Shown here: positions 28,071 to 40,264 of the stretch, piece after piece | How the letters are laid out: each line of letters starts with the position of its first letter | Numbering within the stretch: position 1 is the first letter of the stretch | Translations under genes and position numbers: made by a program | NCBI RefSeq assembly: GCF_964204645.1 | Contig: NC_134027.1 | Span: forward strand, 6,480,485 to 6,544,484 | DNA length: 64,000 nucleotides | Reading direction: 5' to 3' | Origin: Tubulanus polymorphus | Taxonomy: Eukaryota > Animalia > Nemertea | The notes under the pieces: generated by a model | What the model saw: the letters and a program-made list of their open reading frames with translations, nothing else | Databases searched by the model: none | Told to the model about the DNA's origin: nothing

Positions 28071-28534
28071 GGGAGCATCTCAAAATTTCAATAGTTGCCT
28101 CAATTAGAATGACTGTCTAATTGATTTTAACCCCCACCTCCCTTTGATTAGACACATGCCAAAGTTGGAACTATTGATTTTCAAATGAGAGACCACAGGC
28201 AAAGATAAGACATTCTCACGAGCGTATTTCGATCCCAACTTTTAATTGAAAAATAGATAAGCAAAATTACAAGTGGAAAACATATATATTAAACTCTTAA
28301 TAGACTTTATTAACAAAATCAAATATATCTGAAATACCAACAGCATCTAAAAGAGAGACGGTTAAATCTACTGCTTGTAATATATATATATATATATTTC
28401 AAACTGCAATTCAATGTTATCTTGCACCGCATTAAATCAATAGTTCGGCAGTCGTGATGAATCCGCGGGAGGCCTCCACCCCCTTCCGCGAGTTATTCTA
28501 ATTGAAGTAACTATCGAAATTTTCAGATGCTCCC
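28071..28534. mobile_element. PIF/Harbinger-type MITE (copies at 36412-36879 and 44749-45216)
   Basis: ~40-bp imperfect TIRs GGGAGCATCTCAAAATTTC...GAAATTTTCAGATGCTCCC flanked by a TAA target-site duplication. Confidence 0.8.
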
Positions 28535-29352
28535 TAAAGTAATCTATGTTAGATTATCGAATTATCGAATTTATGGTAAACTATGGTTATTATTAATTCA
28601 TATTATATAGTAGTACTGCATAATTTTTGCAGTAGGCTTGGGATTTTCATAAAATTAACATGTTTTGACAGATTTATTATTGATATTCCTCTAATCTAAG
28701 TAATATGACGCAGCAGGCTCATCAGGTGGAGTCATCTGTACACCTAATGTAGCATACTCCTAACTCGGGTTTCCTTTTTGGAGAAACAAACTCTGTACCT
28801 CCCAGGTTTACTACACCAGTCTCGCTCCAAACTCAACAATTTTAACTTTGAACTCTCTGGCATCTAGTAAGGAGAAGGCCTCGGGCTGAAAATCCTATTA
28901 TAGACGACACATCTAACGTTTGTTGTATTTTTTTTTAAAATGTATGTACATGTGCAAATGGAGCCAATAATTTGCATAACAGACTAATAATAATTATTGA
29001 ATAATGTGATCATAATACATGTACTGTAGAACCTCATTGATACAGGCTTGGTGGGCATAGAAAAATGTTGATAAACCGGTTTTGTATTACCATTTGTGAA
29101 TGTGGATTAATATATAAGTTACGTATATATGAATGCAGTGTTAATATTGTTTCAACATGGTAAAGTGATGCTTTAAGAATCAAGGGGCCAGTTGCACAAT
29201 CATGGCTTGAATTTCAGAATTCGAAATATATCGCCAATCTCACGACTCAAGACCAGTCTTGAAAAAAATTGAAGGCCACTTTTGGACAACTGAACAACTT
29301 GGCCCCGTTTTATATTGGCCCTAATATGAGACCTGTATCACTAAAATCATTA

Positions 29353-29572
29353 GGCTAAAAAAAATTGATACCTTGTTTCTCCGCTCTGCTGAGCTTAAAT
29401 GTTGACCCGGCCGGCTGCCTATCTACCCTATACATTACTTTTTTAAAAATCGTGATCAATTTTACCATAACAAACCAGGCCGCTATAGAAATGAACTGTT
29501 TACAAATTTTATCATATTTTACTAAAATGACCCGGCCGCTGCGGAGAAACAAGGTATCATTTTTGTTTAGCC
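29353..29572. mobile_element. PIF/Harbinger-type MITE (copies at 37690-37909 and 46027-46246)
   Basis: ~32-bp TIRs GGCTAAAAAAAATTGATACCTTGTTTCTCCGC / GCGGAGAAACAAGGTATCATTTTTGTTTAGCC, a TTA TSD, and internal TGACCCGGCCG twice. Confidence 0.85.
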
Positions 29573-30128
29573 TTAGTTTCTGAAGATTTTCGAGTAGAAT
29601 TAAACAACTCTGATGCATAATAAATTATTTCACCTGTTAAAATTGAATAATCATTAAAACTAAAAATCAATTTTTTACCAATTACCATTAAAGTTAACAT
29701 AATGAAAATATTTAAAGATCATGCTGTTGCAATCATGTGAGAAACTAACTTTGATTAAAACGCACTCATTTGTTATTATTGCCAAAAATCATGCAAAACA
29801 TTAGAAAACAATTGTTTAAGATATTACAGACACCTTTTTTGATATACGTTTATACCGTAAATATATATAGATATATATTACGCGAGCTTATGTATATAAT
29901 GAGAAATATGATGTACAAATTTCAGACAAGTAAATTATTATTTGATCAAAAATCTAAATTTCCAAATTCAATTTTATTTACTGTTATTTGCTCTTCACTT
30001 CTATGTTGACTAGGCATTTCGATTTGGAGAAGTTTTCATCCACCAATGTATCGGTAATGTGACAATTTTGACTCTCAACTTCACTGAGAATGGATAATGA
30101 ATATTTCTGATTTCAATTAAATACAGTA

Positions 30129-31927
30129 TTAGATTAAGACTTCACTAGGTAACGGCTGTCCAGACAATGCCGCTTCCAGATTTTTAATAACAAGATCCTG
30201 CATTCTTTTCCGAGTTTGTACTGTATGTATACCCATATGAGGCACAACAATTAAGTTTGGCAGCTTACGAAGCTTGTGTCCTTTTGGCAGCGGTTCTGGA
30301 TCGGTTACATCTAATGCGGCACCGCGAATTTGGTTACTAGTTAAAGCTTCGTACAACGCGTCATGGTTTATAACACCACCTAGGATAACAAGTGGAAATC
30401 CTTCCAGTAGGCCTGGGATTTTTTTTTCAAAAATACAATGTGCAGGGATGAGATGCATGTGAGAAATGTGAACAGTTCTGAAAAGTACATTTTTATGTGA
30501 AATGTGAAAATTTTGGAAACTATGTGATATTTTTTCGAAATTCTTGTCATCAAAAAAATTTCTTTTCTAGTTTTTCAGGTTTTATGTATAGTTTGTTTTA
30601 TCTCTGGGCTCTGCTTTGACCCTAGATAGACGATAGTACCTGTACATGTTCATAGTCGAGTATCAGTCAGAAGTACCTTAATTACAGGTCAATATTGTTA
30701 CATTGTCTTTAACATGTTTAACTAACAATTCTCACATAAAATCGCATTAGGTAAATGTCCCTTATGAAAAAGTTAATGCGAGTTTTTGGCATAGAAAAAT
30801 GTGAAAAATTGTGTTTTTGGTGTGAAGAAATGTGAAAATTTCAGAATCTTGCATTCGATCCCATCTGAACATGAATATGTTCAATAAAGCGTCAACAGTT
30901 TATTCCTGAGATTATCATTCATATAGTACGCCTACCTCTAGCCACATTGATAACAGTAGCTGTCCGCTTCATAGCTTTAAATTCTGGCTCGCTTATCATG
31001 TGTTTTGTCTCTGGTAGCAATGGGCAAGTAATTATGATAAAATCACACAGTGGAAGCATGTCGTGTAGTTTATCACAATATGTAGCACCAACAGCATTTT
31101 CATCTTCAATGCTCCTTGTAAAAGAATAATGTATTATATCAGACTTCAGGGTAAAAACGTGAATAAGTTTTTTAACTCAAATAACTGGAGACCCGTATCC
31201 AATCAATCACCTTCTTTTTCTGTTGTGATAATAAATCTTCATTTTACAACTTTTAGCTCGGCAGGCTACCTCGTAACCAATCGAGCCCATGCCAACAATT
31301 CCTAATGTTGCGTAACAGACATCAACGCCCACTGGAAGTGATGTGCGGTCCAGTGATGAAGTTTTATCCATGGAAATGGTTATCCCTGTAAAAGACCATT
31401 GTTGGAAAATGGAACTGCACTTGCAGTATTGCCATACTAGTGAGTGAATAGACTGTTAGGAAACTTCCTACAGTATGTGCAGATGTGATAATATTCATAG
31501 TATTGAAATATTTTCAAGAAGCTTCTGTGCACCTACCCAGGTATAAGTTTCTGGCTGATGCAAGCATCAATGTCATAGCCATATCAGCAGTAGCATCACT
31601 TACAACTCCAGGTGTATTAGCAACTTTCACACCATGAGAATTGATGAACTTGATGTCGATGTGATTGACGCCCGCTCCAAAATTGGTCAAAACCTTCAGA
31701 TTAGTATAGAGTAATATATTTTCGTAAAGCTCGATTGGTTCATCACATTCAGAGGCGGTGACTACTGCAACTATATCTTCACGCTTCACCTCTGATTTCT
31801 TTTTGATGATTTCTTCGATACAGACAACTTTGAAGTTTTTCCTAAGTTTTTCTCTTAATTCCCGACATCCTGTAAAAATCATCAACACGCACGGCTTGAC
31901 TTCGCCCGTCCAATTTCTAGTTGACAT
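30129..31927 (-). CDS. D-2-hydroxyacid dehydrogenase, glyoxylate/hydroxypyruvate reductase-like, gene A copy 1 (331 aa)
   Basis: Exons 31927-31537, 31385-31211, 31114-30936, 30379-30129 (996 nt, phases consistent). Motifs: GAGVNHID, VANTPGVVSDATAD, Rossmann GIVGMGSIG, INVARG (Arg), ALDVTDPEP (Glu), PHMG (His). Confidence 0.9.
30443..30867. mobile_element. Insertion in gene A intron 3, possible hAT-like MITE (also in copies 2 and 3)
   Basis: CAGGGATG...CATCTG ends with AAATGTGAAA subterminal repeats at both sides. It is absent from the short intron 3 of gene C. No clear TSD. Confidence 0.4.
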
Positions 31928-32247
31928 GGTCCGACACAACTAGGTGAAAACTGTAGGGAGAAACGAAGTGATGCAGCGCTATCTTTATTTTGAATGTACT
32001 GAAATATTAACTTTTATGCACTGACCCTACACGTATATACGTCCATACCCTACATAAAATGAGAGGGTGTGACGCATGTAAGCTACATTTGAATAGGATT
32101 ATCCAACCGTCAGCTGTTATTTTGGCTTCGTTATTGTGGGATTTCTATCGTTATGCTGCAATTTGTATGAATACTACTGGCCACTGTACTGTATATTAAT
32201 TAACATGCTAAGTTAGGTGTTTTATCTATTGATCATTACCATAATCC

Positions 32248-32343
32248 CACAGAGACTTGACACAAGGATTTTGACCACAGTATCCTAGGTACTATAGTAC
32301 CTAGGATACTGTGCTCAAAACACTTTTGTGTCAAGTCCCTGTG
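32248..32343. mobile_element. 96-bp palindromic MITE with a 9-bp TSD (copies at 40585-40680 and 48922-49017)
   Basis: CACAGAGACTTGACACAA...TTGTGTCAAGTCCCTGTG, with a perfect 38-bp central palindrome CACAGTATCCTAGGTACTATAGTACCTAGGATACTGTG, flanked by CCATAATCC on both sides. Confidence 0.85.
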
Positions 32344-33179
32344 CCATAATCCATGAACAGATACTTTCATTTGGCTTTCAGAAACTCTGCCGCGATCGAT
32401 TGCGGCTTAAATCAAGGTTTAACATACATTATAATCTATTTACAAATACAAACTAATTCTAAATAGAAATGAGTCTTCGTTAACCTCAAGATATCTTTCT
32501 AATTCGTCATTTTCGGTTTTTTTCTAAAATGAATACCGGTATATTGCTGAATATTTTTGATTTTATAGAAGCTTTCTATATGCTTGTCACGAAGTATTTG
32601 TTGTTGTTGCCTGGAAAATTATGGCATGTGATTTTGCGGTTGGTTCGACCAATGTTTCTACGAATAGTGCTGTTGTAAAACAGCAGAGAGACAAATTTCC
32701 TCCTTCTAATTAAAACAAAATAACACGATGTCCTTTCATAAACATTTCTATTAATATATATAAATCATTTAAGCTAAAGCTAAAAATCAACCTTTTATCT
32801 TCATTTAAAGTTTACCTGGTACATAACAAGTATAAATAGTTAAAGATCGCGCGGTTATATGAAATATTATATTAAATTTAACAGCACTCTTGCAAAAAAC
32901 GTACTCTATTAGAGAATAATTGTTTAATCACAGACATGTTTTCTAATTTTTTTTGTAGCTTATATAATGAGACATAAGCTGAACACATTTCAGACAAGTA
33001 AATTATCATTTAATCGAAAACCAAAATATTTCATTTTAATTTTTGGAATTTGCAAGTCCACCCGCCAACCTGGCATTTCCATTAAAAGAAGTGTTTATCC
33101 ATCAATGAGTATGAAATGCGCATTAACGTAAAAATCTGACAGACATCCCCGAATATGAGACTGTGATCTCGATTACAAA

Positions 33180-33424
33180 TCAGACTTCACTAGGTAATGG
33201 ACATCCACATAATGCTGCTTCCATATTTCTAATAACAAGATCCTGCATTCGTTCTCGAGTTTGTACAGTATATGTACCGATATGAGGCACAACAATTACG
33301 TTTGGCAGTTTACAAAGTTTATGTCCTTTTGGCAGCGGTTCTGGCTCGGTAACATCTAATGCGGCACCACGAATTTTGTTACTACTTAAAGCTTCGTACA
33401 ACGCTCCATGGTCTATAACACCAC
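33180..33424 (-). pseudogene. Orphan copy of gene B terminal exon (unit 1)
   Basis: Same translation as 49854-50098 (LDVTEPEP..PHIGTYT..PLPSEV*), with an intact acceptor. Upstream exons are removed by the duplication junction. Confidence 0.85.
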
Positions 33425-33510
33425 CTAGGAAAAATAGGAGAAATCTTACAGATTAGGCCTGGCGCTAAGGAAAAAAAACAATTCTTTCAATACAGCGTTG
33501 GCAGTTTATT

Positions 33511-35775
33511 AGGGTTTTCTGTTTCTTCACAGAAAACCCTATTGAAATTCGCGTGATTATTATTAGGGTTTTCTGTTACATCACAGAAAACCCTATTGAG
33601 ATTCGCGTGTTTCTTATCATTATTATTATTATTTTTTTTTTTCCACACATTTTTTGTCAAAAGTACATAGGCTTTTTTACATTACCGCTGTTGCCGATAC
33701 AATCCGTCTGATATCATTCAGCTCAGTTCGATCTACAAATACTCCGTGCGAATTTTGAAGAATCAACGTTAGAAAAAGCACTGTCGGGCCGTAAACATCG
33801 AAAATTGAGCCCCATTCAAAGAGCCGACATGTTTTTCTAAGTCGTCTTTCCGAAATCTACCGCACATTTCTTGTCACATCGATTATCAATTCAAGCATAA
33901 ATTAACAAATTTATTACCCAAAGATTGCACATTCTGTCGCGGTTTTTAAAAACTGATTTTAACAATAACCCATTTTCCTCATCAAATTATAATACCAATA
34001 CACAGGAAATTTACTACTTTAGATTTTAAAAGCACTGTCGAGCCGTAAACATCGACAAATCGACGTGTGTCACTACATCGTCGTTCCGGGAATCAGCTGC
34101 GAGTTTCTCCTCATTCTGAGAATCAAATCGAGTACAAATTAATTTATTACTACCAGTGATTTGGCTGCGGGCGTCAAGCAGTTAATTTAGCAATACCTAT
34201 TTTTCTTTACCAAATTTACCGTGTTTTTACTAAGATAAATCATAAGTGTACCGGGGAGTCGTAGGCCTAAACTAAACACGCCGAAGAGATTATAGCGGAG
34301 AAAAGCTGTTATGTCGACGAGGTATCAAAATTAAAGAATATATTACTTTATTCGGCCGCGGGCCTCCATATCAATACCATCAATACTCTATATTTCCTAC
34401 AGTACATACCGATCATTGTCAAATCCACAAGGTATTTACTAAATACAAGTATAAAACACACTCCTATCCGTATGCTGGACTCACACTTGACATTCGGAGT
34501 AAGCGTTCGCTGTGGGGGAAAGGAGATCGTTTCGCTGTGTCGCTTGAAGTGTTTATCGAGTTTTACGCGACCTTAAAGCTTTAGTATGGTGGCTGATAAG
34601 ATAACAAAACACGCATATGCAAATGAGGGTGACATTACGACAAAACGACAAAACTAAAATAACGCAAGAAAACAATGATTTTGATTTTGTCGCCCGCGAC
34701 AATTCATTATTTTGGTTTTATCGCCCACGACAATTCATTACTTTGGTTTTATCGCCAGCGACAATGCATTATTTTGGTTTTGTCGCCCGCGTCAATTCTT
34801 CTTTTTGGTTTTGTCGCCCGCGACAATTCATTATTTTGGTTTTATATTTTGTTTTTGTCGCCCGCGACAATTTTATTTTTTGGTTTTGTCGCCCGCGACA
34901 ATTCAATATTTTGGTTTTATTGCCTGCGACAATTCAATATTTTGGTTTTATCGCCCGCGATAATTCATTATTTTGGTTTTGTCGCCTGAGAAAATTCATT
35001 ATTTTGGTTTTATCGCCCGCGACAATTCATTATTACGGTTTTATCGCCCGCGACAATTCATTATTTTGGTTTTGTCGCCCGCGATAATTCATTATTTTGG
35101 TTTTGTCGCCTGAGAAAATTCATTATTTTGGTTTTATCGCCCGCGACAATTCATTATTACGGTTTTATCGCCCGCGACAATTCATTATTTTGGTTTTGTC
35201 GCCCGCGACAATTCACCATTTTGGTTTTGTCGCCCGCGACAATTCACCATTTTGGTTTTGTCGCCCGCGACAATTCATTATTTTGGTTTTATCGCCCGCG
35301 ACAATTCATTATTTTGGTTTTATCGCCAGCGTCAATTCATTATTTTGGTTTTGTCGCCCGACAATTCTTTTTTTGGTTTTGTCGCCCGCGACAATTCATT
35401 AGTTTGGTTTTGTCACCCGCGACAATTCAATATTTTGGTTTTGTCGCCCGCGACAATTCATTATTACGGTTTTATCGCCCGCGACAATTCATTATTTTGG
35501 TTTTGTCGCCCGCGACAATTCACCATTTTGGTTTTGTCGCCCGCGACAATTCACCATTTTGGTTTTGTCGCCCGCGACAATTCATTATTTTGGTTTTATC
35601 GCCAGCGACAATTCATTATTTTGGTTTTGTCGCCCGACAATTCTTTTTTTGGTTTTGGCGCCCGCGACAATTCATTAGTTTGGTTTTGTCGCCCGCGACA
35701 ATTCAATATTTTGGTTTTGTCGCCCGCGACAATTCAATATTTTGGTTTTGTCGCCCGCGACAATTCATTATTTTG
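33511..35775 (+). mobile_element. 3'-truncated copy of the nested HINE elements (unit 1; likewise 41848-44112 in unit 2)
   Basis: Two 5' heads AGGGTTTTCTG..CAGAAAACCCT at 33511 and 33565, (ATT)n, body and minisatellite, cut by the duplication junction. Confidence 0.75.
34679..35775. repeat. 31-bp minisatellite, ~35 monomers (matching array at 43016-44112)
   Basis: Consensus TTTTGGTTTTGTCGCCCGCGACAATTCATTA. Each monomer holds the inverted repeat TTGTCGC-CC-GCGACAA. Confidence 0.97.
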
Positions 35776-36013
35776 GGGCGACATCATGGGTTCTGACAAT
35801 TTACAGACATTAGAGGTTCACCAAATGGAGGGTTCACCATTGACTCTTGTCCCAATCACATTGCCTACCGGTCCAGCATACGTTCCAGCCAGTCAGGTTT
35901 ATTCGGTTACATCAGATTACACAACTGAAGATGTCGATCCTGTTCTACAAGGTCGACAAAATATGATCGAAGCTTCAGCTGATATTCTGAAAGAAGCTGA
36001 ACAACAGCAATAA
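35776..36013 (+). pseudogene. Duplicated 3' fragment of the ZNF341 last exon (also 44113-44350)
   Basis: Matches 27435-27672 ([10 protein letters not shown]...EAEQQQ*), followed by the ZNF341 3' flank. Confidence 0.9.
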
Positions 36014-38465
36014 TTCGTTGCGGGTTTCAAACGTTTTCTAGAATAAATCTCTTTCTACAGTAGTGGTAGAACTCGGTTAAGTCATCACCAGATTGGTTGT
36101 CACATTGCTTAAGTTGTCCCTAATGTTTGAATCTCAATTTGTATTAAAATTCAATTTATTTAGTGTAAGTTGTCATTTGGATAATCTTTGGACATGAAAA
36201 ATGATCATCCCAGCTATGATGACCTAATTACTGCATTCAACGTGTATAAATGAATGCTACACAGTGGAACCTCATTATAATGACTGTGGCTATAACAATT
36301 TATCGGTTATTAGAAGCCAACAATTTTGTAATGGATACAGCATAAACTATCAGTTATAACAAACATATTTTCTGGTCCCATGAATTTTGCTGTAATTAGG
36401 TTCTATTGTAAGGGAGCATCTCAAAATTTCGATAGTATCCTCAATTAGAATGACTGTCTAATTGATTTTAACCCCCACCTCCCTTTGATTAGACACATGC
36501 CAAAGTTGGAACTATTGATTTTCAAATGAGAGACCACAGGCAAAGATAAGACATTCTCACGAGCGTATTTCGATCCCAACTTTTAATTGAAAAATAGATA
36601 AGCAAAATTACAAGTGGAAAACATATATATTAAACTCTTAATAGACTTTATTAACAAAATCAAATATATCTGAAATACCAACAGCATCTAAAAGAGAGAC
36701 GGTTAAATCTACTGCTTGTAATATATATATATATATATATATTTCAAACTGCAATTCAATGTTATCTTGCACCGCATTAAATCAATAGTTCGGCAGTCGT
36801 GATGAATCCGCAGGAGGCCTCCACCCCCTTCCGCGAGTTATTCTAATTGAAGTAACTATCGAAATTTTCAGATGCTCCCTAAAGTAATCTATGTTAGATT
36901 ATCGAATTTATGGTAAACTATGGTTATTATTAATTCATATTATATAGTAGTACTGCATAATTTTTGCAGTAGGCTTGGGATTTTCATAAAATTAACATGT
37001 TTTGACAGATTTATTATTGATATTCCTCTAATCTAAGTAATATGACGCAGCAGGCTCATCAGGTGGAGTCATCTGTACACCTAATGTAGCATACTCCTAA
37101 CTCGGGTTTCCTTTTTGGAGAAACAAACTCTGTACCTCCCAGGTTTACTACACCAGTCTCGCTCCAAACTCAACAATTTTAACTTTGAACTCTCTGGCAT
37201 CTAGTAAGGAGAAGGCCTCGGGCTGAAAATCCTATTATAGACGACACATCTAACGTTTGTTGTATTTTTTTTAAAAATGTATGTACATGTGCAAATGGAG
37301 CCAATAATTTGCATAACAGACTAATAATAATTATTGAATAATGTGATCATAATACATGTACTGTAGAACCTCATTGATACAGGCTTGGTGGGCATAGAAA
37401 AATGTTGATAAACCGGTTTTGTATTACCATTTGTGAATGTGGATTAATATATAAGTTACGTATATATGAATGCAGTGTTAATATTGTTTCAACATGGTAA
37501 AGTGATGCTTTAAGAATCAAGGGGCCAGTTGCACAATCATGGCTTGAATTTCAGAATTCGAAATATATCGCCAATCTCACGACTCAAGACCAGTCTTGAA
37601 AAAAATTGAAGGCCACTTTTGGACAACTGAACAACTTGGCCCCGTTTTATATTGGCCCTAATATGAGACCTGTATCACTAAAATCATTAGGCTAAAAAAA
37701 ATTGATACCTTGTTTCTCCGCTCTGCTGAGCTTAAATGTTGACCCGGCCGGCTGCCTATCTACCCTATACATTACTTTTTTAAAAATCGTGATCAATTTT
37801 ACCATAACAAACCAGGCCGCTATAGAAATGAACTGTTTACAAATTTTATCATATTTTACTAAAATGACCCGGCCGCTGCGGAGAAACAAGGTATCATTTT
37901 TGTTTAGCCTTAGTTTCTGAAGATTTTCGAGTAGAATTAAACAACTCTGATGCATAATAAATTATTTCACCTGTTAAAATTGAATAATCATTAAAACTAA
38001 AAATCAATTTTTTACCAATTACCATTAAAGTTAACATAATGAAAATATTTAAAGATCATGCTGTTGCAATCATGTGAGAAACTAACTTTGATTAAAACGC
38101 ACTCATTTGTTATTATTGCCAAAAATCATGCAAAACATTAGAAAACAATTGTTTAAGATATTACAGACACCTTTTTTGATATACGTTTATACCGTAAATA
38201 TATATAGATATATATTACGCGAGCTTATGTATATAATGAGAAATATGATGTACAAATTTCAGACAAGTAAATTATTATTTGATCAAAAATCTAAATTTCC
38301 AAATTCAATTTTATTTACTGTTATTTGCTCTTCACTTCTATGTTGACTAGGCATTTCGATTTGGAGAAGTTTTCATCCACCAATGTATCGGTAATGTGAC
38401 AATTTTGACTCTCAACTTCACTGAGAATGGATAATGAATATTTCTGATTTCAATTAAATACAGTA

Positions 38466-40264
38466 TTAGATTAAGACTTCACTAGGTAACGGCTGTCCAG
38501 ACAATGCCGCTTCCAGATTTTTAATAACAAGATCCTGCATTCTTTTCCGAGTTTGTACTGTATGTATACCCATATGAGGCACAACAATTAAGTTTGGCAG
38601 CTTACGAAGCTTGTGTCCTTTTGGCAGCGGTTCTGGTTCGGTTACATCTAATGCGGCACCACGAATTTGGTTACTAGTTAAAGCTTCGTACAACGCGTCA
38701 TGGTTTATAACACCACCTAGGATAACAAGTGGAAATCCTTCCAGTAGGCCTGGGATTTTTTTTTCAAAAATACAATGTGCAGGGATGAGATGCATGTGAG
38801 AAATGTGAACAGTTCTGAAAAGTACATTTTTATGTGAAATGTGAAAATTTTGGAAACTATGTGATATTTTTTCGAAATTCTTGTCATCAAAAAAATTTCT
38901 TTTCTAGTTTTTCAGGTTTTATGTATAGTTTGTTTTATCTCTGGGCTCTGCTTTGACCCTAGATAGACGATAGTACCTGTACATGTTCATAGTCGAGTAT
39001 CAGTCAGAAGTACCTTAATTACAGGTCAATATTGTTACATTGTCTTTAACATGTTTAACTAACAATTCTCACATAAAATCGCATTAGGTAAATGTCCCTT
39101 ATGAAAAAGTTAATGCGAGTTTTTGGCATAGAAAAATGTGAAAAATTGTGTTTTTGGTGTGAAGAAATGTGAAAATTTCAGAATCTTGCATTCGATCCCA
39201 TCTGAACATGAATATGTTCAATAAAGCGTCAACAGTTTATTCCTGAGATTATCATTCATATAGTACGCCTACCTCTAGCCACATTGATAACAGTAGCTGT
39301 CCGCTTCATAGCTTTAAATTCTGGCTCGCTTATCATGTGTTTTGTCTCTGGTAGCAATGGGCAAGTAATTATGATAAAATCACACAGTGGAAGCATGTCG
39401 TGTAGTTTATCACAATATGTAGCACCAACAGCATTTTCATCTTCAATGCTCCTTGTAAAAGAATAATGTATTATATCAGACTTCAGGGTAAAAACGTGAA
39501 TAAGTTTTTCAACTAAAATAACTGGAGACCCGTATCCAATCAATCACCTTCTTTTTCTGTTGTGATAATAAATCTTCATTTTACAACTTTTAGCTCGGCA
39601 GGCTACCTCGTAACCAATCGAGCCCATGCCAACAATTCCTAATGTTGCGTAACAGACATCAACGCCCACTGGAAGTGATGTGCGGTCCAGTGATGAAGTT
39701 TTATCCATGGAAATGGTTATCCCTGTAAAAGACCATTGTTGGAAAATGGAACTGCACTTGCAGTATTGCCATACTAGTGAGTGAATAGACTGTTAGGAAA
39801 CTTCCTACAGTATGTGCAGATGTGATAATATTCATAGTATTGAAATATTTTCAAGAAGCTTCTGTGCACCTACCCAGGTATAAGTTTCTGGCTGATGCAA
39901 GCATCAATGTCATAGCCATATCAGCAGTAGCATCACTTACAACTCCAGGTGTATTAGCAACTTTCACACCATGAGAATTGATGAACTTGATGTCGATGTG
40001 ATTGACGCCCGCTCCAAAATTGGTCAAAACCTTCAGATTAGTATAGAGTAATATATTTTCGTAAAGCTCGATTGGTTCATCACATTCAGAGGCGGTGACT
40101 ACTGCAACTATATCTTCACGCTTCACCTCTGATTTCTTTTTGATGATTTCTTCGATACAGACAACTTTGAAGTTTTTCCTAAGTTTTTCTCTTAATTCCC
40201 GACATCCTGTAAAAATCATCAACACGCACGGCTTGACTTCGCCCGTCCAATTTCTAGTTGACAT
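38466..40264 (-). CDS. D-2-hydroxyacid dehydrogenase gene A copy 2
   Basis: Exons 40264-39874, 39722-39548, 39451-39273, 38716-38466. Intact; DVTEPEP instead of DVTDPEP. Confidence 0.88.

Larger units (their letters stand above)
27435..35775. repeat. Tandem segmental repeat, unit 1 (8341 bp)
   Basis: Sequence from GGGCGACATCATGGG (27435) recurs at 35776 and 44113. ORF offsets are 8341/8337. Confidence 0.97.

Noticed and set aside
29184-29306. GGGGCCAGTTG...TTGGCCCC possible MITE
   Set aside because: The TIR is short and interrupted with no clear TSD; too degraded to call.
34679-35775. CRISPR-like appearance of the 31-bp palindromic repeats
   Set aside because: The monomers are contiguous with no unique spacers, there are no cas genes, and the context is eukaryotic and intron-rich.
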